The translations under genes and the position numbers were made by a program. The notes under the pieces were generated by a model. It saw only the letters and a list, made by a program, of their open reading frames with translations, had not been told where the DNA came from and searched no databases. From Eledone cirrhosa (taxonomy: Eukaryota), in the NCBI GenBank assembly GCA_964016885.1, contig OZ024740.1, positions 52,700,001-52,764,000 of the forward strand: a stretch of DNA of 64,000 nt. The letters are read 5' to 3'. This document shows, in pieces, positions 14,175 through 24,169 of the stretch (within the stretch, counting starts at the first letter, position 1; each line of letters begins with the position of its first letter).

Positions 14175-14503
14175 TATATCACGTGAACACAATCACATTA
14201 TTCTTTCAAAAGGAAAAGTTTGGCGCCATTTTTCTCCAGGGAATAGAGCAAATGTAAACAAACGCAGGAGAAAAGAATAAACAGCATTCTTTCATCGTTA
14301 CAACTTATATCCACATTAATGATGACAAATTGTAAAAGCAAAAGATAAGACAATGGTAAGTAATATCAAATAATTATTAAAAAGTGTTGAGATTAAAAAC
14401 GTTCAGTCTGACGGATGAGTTATGTATATGTTACAGGAGTCGCATTACACGAATAATTAAGTTTCATACATATATATATGTGTGTATGTATGTATATATA
14501 TGT

Positions 14504-14567
14504 ATTTTATCTTATGAAAGCACACCATAATTTGCCTTGGTGGCCCTTGAAATATGTATAATAAAAT
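14504..14567 (+). ncRNA. degenerate type I hammerhead ribozyme (core CTTATGA, G5 mutated)
   Basis: ATTTTAT-CTTATGA-AAG..CTT-GAAA-TATGTA-TA-ATAAAAT; paralog of the intact copy at 17251-17313. Confidence 0.6.
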
Positions 14568-14653
14568 AAATATGGTTTTATAAATATAGTTTCCATTTAT
14601 TAATATATTGTATATATATATATGTATTAGAATTGGTGCTCTGAAATAACTAT

Positions 14654-14912
14654 ATATATATGAATGTATATATAGTGTATTTTGCAATACACTGAATGCT
14701 TAATTAAAAGCATTTCGAAGACCTTATGCTATTGTTTTAGAGTAGTGACAGACTCACTTACTTTAATATCAGCAAACAGGGGGAGAGATAAAGCTGAAAT
14801 TAAAGTAAGTGGGTCTGTCACTACTCTAAAACAATAGCATAAGGTCTTCGAAATGCTTTTAATTAAGCATACAGTGTATTGCAAAATACATTATATATAC
14901 ATTCATATATAT
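14654..14912. repeat. fold-back palindrome, ~120-bp arms, 19-nt spacer, flanked by TA-rich repeats
   Basis: Arms 14654-14773 and 14793-14912 are reverse complementary with few mismatches. Confidence 0.9.
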
Positions 14913-14943
14913 GATTGTATGTATATATATATGTATGTATATA

Positions 14944-14975
<32 letters not shown>

Positions 14976-15199
14976 CAATTAAGTTAAAAATGTACATCTA
15001 CATATGCATACTGAAATACTAGTGTGTATATGAATACACACACGTATACATATGTAGGTGTACCAAGTCTTTCACTGGTCGCTTTACAGTGAGCGGCCCA
15101 GCTATTCTGTATGTAAACACACAGACAAACCGGTTTTTAGAGTCATACTGGTTTTTCGGGGGAACACCTTCCCCCTATTCTCCAGAAAGCCAGACAAGG

Positions 15200-15244
15200 A
15201 ATATTGAACTAGTTTCGTTGTTGTTACAACTCATCAGCAATATT
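15200..15244 (-). ncRNA. type I hammerhead ribozyme (mirror copy; sense in mrpl15 pre-mRNA)
   Basis: Exact reverse complement of 15470-15514. Confidence 0.85.
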
Positions 15245-15469
15245 TACCTATCTACCGGCCTTTCTGGAGAATTGTAAAAGCACATATCGTTATATGCTTT
15301 TTCTATGAAAATTAGTAGTGGGCAGACTAATTTGCATAGAGTGTGAGTACGGTGAACCGGTGCGTACTCACACTCTATGCAAATTAGTCTGCCCACTACT
15401 AATTTTCATAGAAAAAGCATATAACGATATGTGCTTTTACAATTCTCCAGAAAGGCCGGTAGATAGGTA

Positions 15470-15514
15470 AATATTGCTGATGAGTTGTAACAACAACGAA
15501 ACTAGTTCAATATT
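15470..15514 (+). ncRNA. type I hammerhead ribozyme
   Basis: AATATTG-CTGATGA-GTTGT(AACA)ACAAC-GAAA-CTAG-TT-CAATATT; helix I extends imperfectly to 15442/15537 (ATTCTCCAGAAAG / CTTTCTGGAGAAT); palindromic stem III ACTAGT. Confidence 0.85.
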
Positions 15515-15804
15515 CCTTGTCTGGCTTTCTGGAGAATAGGGGGAAGGTGTTCCCCCGAAAAACCAGTATGACTCTAAAAACCGGTTTGTCTGTGTGTTTA
15601 CATACAGAATAGCTGGGCCGCTCACTGTAAAGCGACCAGTGAAAGACTTGGTACACCTACATATGTATACGTGTGTGTATTCATATACACACTAGTATTT
15701 CAGTATGCATATGTAGATGTACATTTTTAACTTAATTGTTTAAGCGTCAGTCATACAAAAGTGAGTTACAAACGAAACGAAATTTAATTTCATTTCGTTA
15801 TTTG

Positions 15805-15845
<41 letters not shown>

Positions 15846-15849
<4 letters not shown>

Positions 15850-17093
15850 TCATCATCATCGTTTAACGTCCATGTTCCACGCTTGCATGGGTTTGGACGG
15901 GAGTTTTCCCACTTGAGGCAAGAGTGGTTGTCTTGCTCGCATAGGACTGTCTGGCGGGTTTCCTACAGTTGGATGCCCTTCCTAACACCAACCACATTTA
16001 CAGTGTGGGGCTGGGAGGTTTTTACCGTGTTGCCTACACGGCCACATTACAGCGTGGACTGTCTGGTGGGTTTTCTACAGCTGGATGCCCTTCCTAACAC
16101 CAACCACATTTACAATGTGGGACTGGGAGGTTTATACCGTGTTACCTACACGGCCACATTACAGCGTGGACTGTGTGTTTTTTTGTCATGACACCTACAC
16201 GATCTCATATGTTTCGGCCTGGATGTTGTGGCACCAACATAACTTTACATTGAAAGGGGCGGTGTGGATGGGGTGGGGGTGGTGGGATGGGGGTGTATTT
16301 TGTTAGAGATGCCTGCTGACTGTAGTAGGTTTTACTTTGTATTTAAGTAAGGCGGGTCTTCTCTATTACTGAGTACCGCCAAAGGTCTCGGTCCAGTGAC
16401 ATTGTCTTGGAGAGGTGTGTGTGAGGTCGGAATTTATCAGCTCGTCCCAGGTTTTTCTGGGCCTGCCTACTCTGTGGCTACCATCTATCTTTATTGCCCT
16501 GCACTTTGCTATACAGCTGTCGTCTTTCATGCGCATCACGTGACCATACCAACGTAGCCTTCTCTCGAGTAAACAACATCTGATCCCTCTTATTTCTAAT
16601 TTTTTCCTTAGTTCGTTTATGCTTTGCCGTTCACGTATATTACTATTACACATCCAGCGGAGCATGCAAGCTTCGTTCCTCTCTAGTCTGCGTATATCCT
16701 CTGCACACAATGCCCAGGTCTCACTGCCATGCAACATTGCTGTTCGTATGCAGGCATCATACAACCTGCCTTTCATTTTTAGGGAGAACCCTTTAGCGGC
16801 TAATAGTGGTATAAGCTCTCTGAACTTTTTCCATCCAGTTCTGACTCTAGCTACTGTACTTTCAGAGCACCCTCCCCCACTGCTGATTTTGTCACCCAGG
16901 TAACGGAAGCTGTCCACTATTTCTATAGAACCCTCTGCGCAATTGAAAGAGCTAGTATTTTGTGGGCACTTGCTGCTACTTATTGCACCAGAGCACCGGC
17001 CACATGTAAAATCTGTGTTCTTAGTTAGCTTACCTGTGATCCCACTACATCTTTTATGCACCCATACTTTGCATTTGGGGACATAAAATGGAG

Positions 17094-17095
<2 letters not shown>
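15846..17095 (-). mobile_element. 5'-truncated RTE family B
   Basis: CPKCKVWVHKRC...CGRC, DSFRYLG, RLERNEACMLRW; 3' UTR with an internal duplication and (GAT)n tail. Confidence 0.92.
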
Positions 17096-17124
<29 letters not shown>

Positions 17125-17250
17125 AGTTCTATTTAAATTGTTGGGATACAACAAGCAAATATTTTTATAACTGATATAAAGCACTCAACAAATAATTGGA
17201 GTAAAAATACGATATTAACAAATGGAAACTATATTTATAAAACCATATTT

Positions 17251-17313
17251 ATTTCATTATACATATTTCAAGGACACCAAGTTAAATTTTGGTGTGCTTT
17301 CATCAGATAAAAT
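17251..17313 (-). ncRNA. type I hammerhead ribozyme
   Basis: ATTTTAT-CTGATGA-AAGCACACCAA..TTGGTGTCCTT-GAAA-TATGTA-TA-ATGAAAT; 7-bp helix I; AUA cleavage triplet. Confidence 0.75.
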
Positions 17314-18530
17314 ATAATATAGAGCAGTTTTATAAATAAATATTGACATACCCTTAAAGAATGCAACCATTACTGTTGGAAGCTCTCGGATAGTGGAGTT
17401 ATATCTTTAATTATACTATTAGGTAAGTTAGTATTGGATATTTTTAAATAAGCCATTGGGTTACGGAGAAAGAGAGAGAGAGAGAGAACAAGAGAGAGAG
17501 AATAGAAAGAAAAAGGAGAGAGAGCGAAAACTCTAAGTGATAGGTTGTTGAGATATCTTAACATTTGAGATGAAGTGAAAGAGTAAATAAATATTTATTT
17601 TTTTATGGATGAATATAGAAATGTAAATAATCATGAATGGAAGATACATATATAATATGAGAATTTTAACCATTGTTTAAATATGATTAAATGTTTAGTT
17701 AATCAATTAAATTATTGAGATCAATACATTAAAAATTGAGATCTATATATTATTGTTAAGACTATATATTATTAGAAGAATATATCCACACATATACACA
17801 CGCAAATATACATACATATAAATATATATACACACGTATAAACATATATACATATATATCTACGTATATAATATATACATACAAAATATAAAGGATTTTT
17901 TAATTTAAGATATAGGAATCTTATAAAATCAGAGAAAATCATTTCTATGTAATATCAAAGCAGCGTGAAGGAAAATTACGTTATTTAGTTCTATAAATGT
18001 TACAATTGTTAAGATATTAAAGGAAATTTTATGTTATACACACTTTGTTATTACACAAATTTTTTTAATATAAGTTTTATATTTAATAAGATTACTTGTT
18101 ATGTAGTTATGACTGTTATTATATATGTTTATTTGTCACAAACCTTAGGATAATCCCTATAAATAAGTGTAATCGAATTGCATGCATATACATATATATA
18201 TATATACATACACAATTCCTACATATACATACATATACATACCCACACAAATATGTAGATATGCATCACATATATATATATACATACAAATACACATACA
18301 CGCATAAAACATACGTACACGTATATCAATACGCATATATATATATATATATATAGACATATAGAGAGAGAAGTATATATAAATACAGTACATAGTATAA
18401 TTGAAGGACATAAAATACAAAAGAATTATGTTACGATTTGGAAATATAATTATATAAGCAATATAACTTTAAAACAATATAACTTTTAAAATATTATAGA
18501 ATATTTCAAGTTATAATTTTAAAATAATAT

Positions 18531-21275
18531 CATCATCATCATCATCACCGTTTTACGTCCGTTCTTCCACGCTAGCATGGGTTAGACGGGTTGTCCTGTT
18601 GTGGGCAGTGTCTGGTCGGCTGACCATGCCTTGCTCATACAGGAACTGATCTGGCTTGATTTCTACAGCTGGATGCCCTTCCTAACACCAACCTCATTTA
18701 CAGTGAGTGCTGGGTGCTTTTTCGTGGCGCCTACACGTCCACTTTACAGTGTGGGCTGGGTGCTTTTTTGCCGTGGCACCTCCACGACCACCTTGCGGTG
18801 GAGGGGGGGGGGGGGCATATTGTTTATATGCTTCAGCATGTACCCATGGGAGGTCGGGTACCCTGTATTACTGCGTGACGCCAGAAGTCACGGTCGTGTG
18901 TCATTGACTTTGAGAGGTGTATTTGGGTAAGGTCGGCTTTTATCACCTCATCCCAAGTCATCTTGGGTCTCCCCACTCCGCGGTTTCCATCAACTTCTAG
19001 TGCTCTGCACCTTTTTATGCAGCTGTCATCCTTCATACGCATCACATGTCCATACCAGCGTAACCGCCTCTCCTGCACGCAGCATTTGATTCCTCTTATG
19101 CTCAGTCTCTCTCTCAATTCCTTTATGCTTTGTCGTTCACGTATATTACTGTTACACATCCATCGGAGCATGCAGGCTTCGTTTCTCTCTAATCTACGTA
19201 AGTCTTCCACCTTCAGCGCCCAGGTCTCACTACCATGCAACATCGCTGTTCGGATACACGCATCATACAGTCTGCCTTTCATTCTGAGGGAGAAGCCTTT
19301 TGCAGCTAACAGTGGTAGTAGTTCCCTAAACTTCTTCCATCCCGTTCTTACCCTAGTTATTGTACTTTCTGAGCACCCACCTCCGTTGCTAATTCGGTCA
19401 CCTAGGTAGCAGAAGCTGTCTACTGTTTCTACAGGGCCCTCCCAGAGATTGGTGGTACTTGTTTCCTGTGGCTGTTTGCTTGCTGTTTCAGCACAGCTGC
19501 TGCATGTGAATCCTACATTCTTAATTAAGCTTCCTGAGATCCCACTACATCTCTTGTGTACCCATTGTTTGCATTTGGGGCAGAGAATGGAGTTCCTACC
19601 TACACCTTTCCTACATACTGAGCAAGGCCATTTCCCTGAGGGGATCTGGGTTCTGTTTTCTCGTCTACTTATAAGGACCTTAGTCTTTGTCATGTTGACT
19701 TTGAGGCCCTTTCTCTCTAGTCCCTGCTTCCAGGTTTGGAATTTATTCTCTAGTTCTACCATAGATTCAGCTATGAGTGCGAGGTCATCAGCATACAGGA
19801 GTTCCCATGGGCATCCGGTCTTAAACTCCTCCGTTATTGCCTGCAGGACTATGATGAACAGGAGAGGGCTAAGAACAGAGCCCTGGTGGACCCCAACCTG
19901 TACGCTAAATTCCTCGCTATACTCATTGCCAATCCTAACTTTGCTGACTGCTCCCCTATACATGGCTTGTACCGCTTTCACAAGCCATTCATCTACTCCT
20001 AGTTTTCTAAGAGCCCACCAGATTACTGCACGTGGAACTCTGTCAAAGGCTTTCTCAAGGTCGACAAATGCCAAGTAGAGTGGCTTACTTTTAGCTAGGT
20101 ACTTTTCCTGTAATTGCCTCACAAGGAAGAGGGCATCAGTGGTGCCTTTCCCTGGTACAAACCCAAATTGCATCTCGTTTATATTCACCCGGTCCCTAAT
20201 CAGCTGTGCTATAACTCTTTCTGTTACTTTCATGACCTGGTCCATCAACTTTATACCTCTATAGTTTCCTCTATCTAGTGCATCGCCTTTGCCTTTGTAG
20301 CAGTTGACAATGATGCTACTGCACCAATCTTTTGGTATGGCCCCCTCTAGTATTACCTGGTTAACGATACGTGTGGTTATAGTGTGACCTACAGACCCAG
20401 ATGCCTTCAGCATCTCGGCAGCTATACCCGATGGACCGGTTGCCTTCCCCATCTTCATATCTTTGATTGCCTTACTTACTACGCTGCTGCTGACTTGTAC
20501 TGCTGGTCCCTCTATAGGGTCTACGTGGGGTAGGGTCTCTTCTTCCCATGCATTCTCCTCATTTAGTAATCTATCATAATGACTCTTCCATGCATCTTTC
20601 TTCTCAGCACTTGTGAGGGCAAGCTCACCTTTATCATTCCGGATACACTTCTCTCCAATGACATCACAACTATCTCTGACACACTGCCTCGCAATCTTGA
20701 ATACCTCCTGTTTCTGGTCCTCACGTTGTAAAACATGCTTGAATTTTCTATCCTCTGCTTCCCTCCTAGCTAAGTATACTTGTCGCCTAGCTTCCCTCTT
20801 GGTTTCTATGTAATGTACCCTGCTCCCCCCTTTCTTCCATTCTTTCCATGCCTGTCTCTTGGCCTTGACTGCTTCATCTACCTTATTGTTCCACCACCAA
20901 GTCACTCTCCTCCTGCTTGAGGTCTTACTCCAGCCACAAACCTCATCCGTCGCCTCTAGTAAGTTATTTTTTAGGAACTCCCAGTTCTCTTCTACGTTAA
21001 ATGTCTCTATCTGTTCTTCTTTACTGTCGTAGGCGTTGAGTAAAATATCTTTAAATCTGTTACTGGTTGAGGGGACTTTCAGCTTCCAGATCTTTCTTCT
21101 CCAGGTTGGCCTCTGTTTCAGGGCTCGTCTAGTTCTGACCGTGAGGTCGCTGACAACTAAGCTATGTTGGGATGTACATTCCTCACTAGGGAAGGCTTTT
21201 GTGTTTACGACCGTCCATCTGTCACGTCCTCTGATGAGGATAAAATCTAACTGACTAGAGTGCTCCCCTGATTGT
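18531..21275 (-). mobile_element. young 5'-truncated RTE LINE (family A)
   Basis: Uninterrupted ORF; 3' UTR and (GAT)n tail; possible TSD TAATAT (18525-18530 / 21282-21287). Confidence 0.95.
18833..21274 (-). CDS. RTE ORF (APE C-terminal part + RT with embedded PHD finger), 5'-truncated, no start codon
   Basis: Frame stays open upstream of the listed ORF to 21274 (SQLDFIL...TSQHSLV); RT motifs NYRGI, QFGF, FVDLEKAFD, GVHQGSVLSP, YADD; C4HC3 insert. Confidence 0.9.
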   Translation of the reverse strand, partial: QSGEHSSQLDFILIRGRDRWTVVNTKAFPSEECTSQHSLVVSDLTVRTRRALKQRPTWRRKIWKLKVPSTSNRFKDILLNAYDSKEEQIETFNVEENWEFLKNNLLEATDEVCGWSKTSSRRRVTWWWNNKVDEAVKAKRQAWKEWKKGGSRVHYIETKREARRQVYLARREAEDRKFKHVLQREDQKQEVFKIARQCVRDSCDVIGEKCIRNDKGELALTSAEKKDAWKSHYDRLLNEENAWEEETLPHVDPIEGPAVQVSSSVVSKAIKDMKMGKATGPSGIAAEMLKASGSVGHTITTRIVNQVILEGAIPKDWCSSIIVNCYKGKGDALDRGNYRGIKLMDQVMKVTERVIAQLIRDRVNINEMQFGFVPGKGTTDALFLVRQLQEKYLAKSKPLYLAFVDLEKAFDRVPRAVIWWALRKLGVDEWLVKAVQAMYRGAVSKVRIGNEYSEEFSVQVGVHQGSVLSPLLFIIVLQAITEEFKTGCPWELLYADDLALIAESMVELENKFQTWKQGLERKGLKVNMTKTKVLISRRENRTQIPSGKWPCSVCRKGVGRNSILCPKCKQWVHKRCSGISGSLIKNVGFTCSSCAETASKQPQETSTTNLWEGPVETVDSFCYLGDRISNGGGCSESTITRVRTGWKKFRELLPLLAAKGFSLRMKGRLYDACIRTAMLHGSETWALKVEDLRRLERNEACMLRWMCNSNIRERQSIKELRERLSIRGIKCCVQERRLRWYGHVMRMKDDSCIKRCRALEVDGNRGVGRPKMTWDEVIKADLTQIHLSKSMTHDRDFWRHAVIQGTRPPMGTC

Positions 21276-21582
21276 CGGGTTTAATATGTTTAATAAATTT
21301 AGTATAAAATTTTCTACGTATATTTAACTTAATTTTATATCCATAAGAGAAAGAAAAAGAAACTTTCAAAAGATAAACTTTGGAAAATAGGAGAAACTAT
21401 CAAACAATATTTTCCCCTTTTAAGAGCTTTCAGTATATTTTCTAGAAGAGTTTATTATATTTATTTATATTTAGGAAGAAAAGTTTTTTTTACTTGAGTG
21501 TATAAGCAGTCAAAAAATGAAGGAATCTAATGATTTATCGATAGGTTCAATATATCAATAGAATTAATTAATTAATTATATA

Positions 21583-21710
21583 TTACATTTTAAATTTATA
21601 TTTAAACGTTGAGTTCAATCTATGTCTACAGCAACTGAATAAATTGTTCCTTAAGTTCAGGGAATTTTTGGTCTTTAATATAAAGAATATTTCCTCTATA
21701 CAAAGATCAC
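21583..21710 (-). mobile_element. C-terminus of a Penelope-like GIY-YIG ORF
   Basis: [30 protein letters not shown] matches the CxLCxxExxxI...LNxRxxxxxxCRH tail of Penelope-like element endonucleases; truncated at (TA)n. Confidence 0.65.
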
Positions 21711-21719
21711 ATATATATG

Positions 21720-21756
<37 letters not shown>

Positions 21757-21762
21757 GTATGT

Positions 21763-21830
<68 letters not shown>

Positions 21831-21831
21831 G

Positions 21832-21887
<56 letters not shown>

Positions 21888-21899
21888 TGTATATATATG

Positions 21900-21994
<95 letters not shown>

Positions 21995-22000
21995 GTATAT

Positions 22001-22218
22001 ATAGGAACCAGTAAGACCCCGACAGCTGAGCTCAAGCCGTTTCGACGGCTAATTCGACGGCTAATTCGACGGCTAATTTCGACGGCTAATTCGACGGCTA
22101 ATTCAGAATTAGCCGTCGAAACGGCTTGAGCTCAGCTGTCGGGGTCTTACTGGTTCCTATTACCCACTCTACTACCTCAAGTATTGAGTACTTTGGTGCG
22201 TTATGGTCCACCTGGTTC
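22001..22218 (+). mobile_element. short fold-back element with tail in (TA)n; family shared with 59331-59544 and 58393-58472
   Basis: Palindrome 22001-22160 with internal TTCGACGGCTAA tandem units, plus a ~58-nt tail. Confidence 0.8.
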
Positions 22219-22511
22219 CTTACCACATTTCCTTCGTTATATATGTATATATATATATATGTATATATATGTATATATATATATGTATAAAAGACGTAAA
22301 ATAAGAAAATTATAGTAATTAACTCATTTACTTAAATGTATGGATATATGTATATATATAACTTTGGTAGGTTGTGGCCAGTATTGGCCCAGGCCATGTC
22401 TAACTTCATAGCACCACCTGGCAAAGTCTTGCAAATCAGGGTTTGGGCACCATGGCCCACTCAAGCAGAGAGTTATTGTTTATGGAGGCATATCCGAGTG
22501 TAGGAGGCTTA

Positions 22512-22973
22512 TCCGACCTCACACACTTACACCTCTCCAAGACAATGTCACTGGACCGAGATCTTTGGCGCTACACAGTAATACAGAAGACCCGCCTTGC
22601 CTAAGTACAAAGCGAAACTTACAGTCAGCAGGCACTTCTAACAAAAACACACCCCTGTCCCACTACCCCCACCCCCTTAAATGTGAAGTTATGTTGGTAC
22701 CACAACATCCAGTCCGAAACAAATGAGGTCGTGTAGGTGTCACGACAAAAAACACACAGTCCATGCTGTAATGTAGCCGTATAGGTAACACGGTAAAACC
22801 TCCCAGTCCACACTGTAAACGTGGTTGGTGTTAGGAGGGGCATCCAGCCGTAGAAAACCCGCCAGACAGTCCTATACGAGTAAGACAACCAATCTTGCCT
22901 CAAGTGGAAAAATTCCCGTCCAAACCCTTGCAAGCGTGGAAGATGGACGTTAAACGATGATGATGATGATGAT
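22512..22973 (+). mobile_element. RTE family B 3' fragment
   Basis: ORF end plus 3' UTR and (GAT)n tail. Confidence 0.85.
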
Positions 22974-22987
22974 ATTTAATATGATAA

Positions 22988-23038
22988 AGCTTCTACAGGA
23001 CTAGAACTGTTTCATTCGTGAGAAATCATCAGGAAGCT
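22988..23038 (-). ncRNA. type I hammerhead ribozyme in a ~110-bp palindromic element
   Basis: AGCTTC-CTGATGA-TTTC(TCAC)GAAT-GAAA-CAG(TTCTAGTC)CTG-TA-GAAGCT; a second, degenerate copy on the plus strand from 23040. Confidence 0.75.
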
Positions 23039-24169
23039 CCTGATGATTTCTCACGAATGAAACAGCTTAGATCCTGTTGTTGTCATTCTATGAGTGGTCA
23101 AGAATTGTACACGTCATCGGTATTTTTGGCCACTCATAGCCGTCCTATATTTGGTTCCCTTCATTTGCTACCTGTCAATCAAAGTTGTTTCTTAAATCGG
23201 AATTACTACTATAGGAGGTAAGCGGTTGTATGATTGAACCACTCGCACCCTGTCGCCACCCTCTCAACCTGTATTCGCTGCCCTCACCCATGTTTCGCGC
23301 AGGCGTGATACATACGGGCACAATACACCCACAGCAATCACGTACACACCTGCAACTGTATTATACGCAACAATCAAAGTAGATATTGAATGTCCAGCGA
23401 ATAGTTATAAAGAATTTTTTCAAGAATGGAAAAACATTTAACAGAACGTTTCATTTAGGTTTGTTGGTTCACGACTGGATAGATGAACAATAATAATTCT
23501 TAGGGGTATAAAAATCCTAGAAAATGCTATTTACATCATTTCTAAAAATAGCAAAACAATTGATGCTTTGAATAGGGCCAAATAGAAGTCGTTAGACATG
23601 CTCAACCAACCGTGATGCCTAAACCAATCAGCTTCAGTAATCCAGTGAAACTACACACCGATTGGTCGAAATACAGTTTGCAAAATTTAGCATTCTGTAG
23701 CCGCTTTTCACTGTATATAAGGCACAAAATTTACCCATCTCATTACAGTTGAAAATTGCAAACTTGACTGTCACCACAGAATGTGAACCTGAAGATTGCG
23801 AATGCATGAAATTACTTGTTCAATTAACACTTAACACTTAATATTCTACCATACTATTTCATTCTAATACCATTATAATTTTAAAGGATTGTAAATAAAA
23901 CGAGTAAATCAGACAAAGTTGGAATTCCTTTTATTAATATAATCTTCTATACACAATCATACACACCCGTGTATATTTATTTATATATATATGTATATAT
24001 ATATATATATATATAGCTTTTAAGCTATTTTGTAGTATCTCTGTTCAGGAACACACCACTTATATTAAATGTATCTCCTTGTAGCTTTGTAAAAGTCTGA
24101 GAGATTGGCTACATATATGTTTTATATATATTTTTTTTTGTTTAGATGGAAGACAAAACAAAGATGAAG

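Larger units (their letters stand above)
14975..15810. mobile_element. palindromic hammerhead-bearing element (377-bp arms, 11-nt spacer, ~70-bp one-sided tail) in (TA)n
   Basis: 14975-15351 is the reverse complement of 15363-15739 (mirror ORFs in the track are identical); (TA)n on both sides. Confidence 0.85.

Noticed and set aside
14215-14240. Nearer mrpl15 first exon (AAAATGGCGCC context)
   Set aside because: No MRPL15-like N-terminal peptide follows; the exon at 41641 fits in sequence and phase
15089-15625. Identical 62-aa ORFs on both strands
   Set aside because: A consequence of the palindrome; GTG start and no recognisable domain
18963-20078. Antisense ORFs overlapping RTE ORFs (also 16619, 32584, 35729, 42310)
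   Set aside because: Shadow frames of the LINE coding strand
22041-22103. CRISPR-like short repeat array
   Set aside because: Adjacent 12-13-bp units with no spacers, eukaryotic context, no cas genes
21644-22129. YI/IY-repeat ORFs here and the HT/CV/MYVC ORFs at 43.8-44.3, 45.9, 56.1 and 59.9-60.8 kb
   Set aside because: Translations of (TA)n, (CA)n and (TATG)n microsatellites
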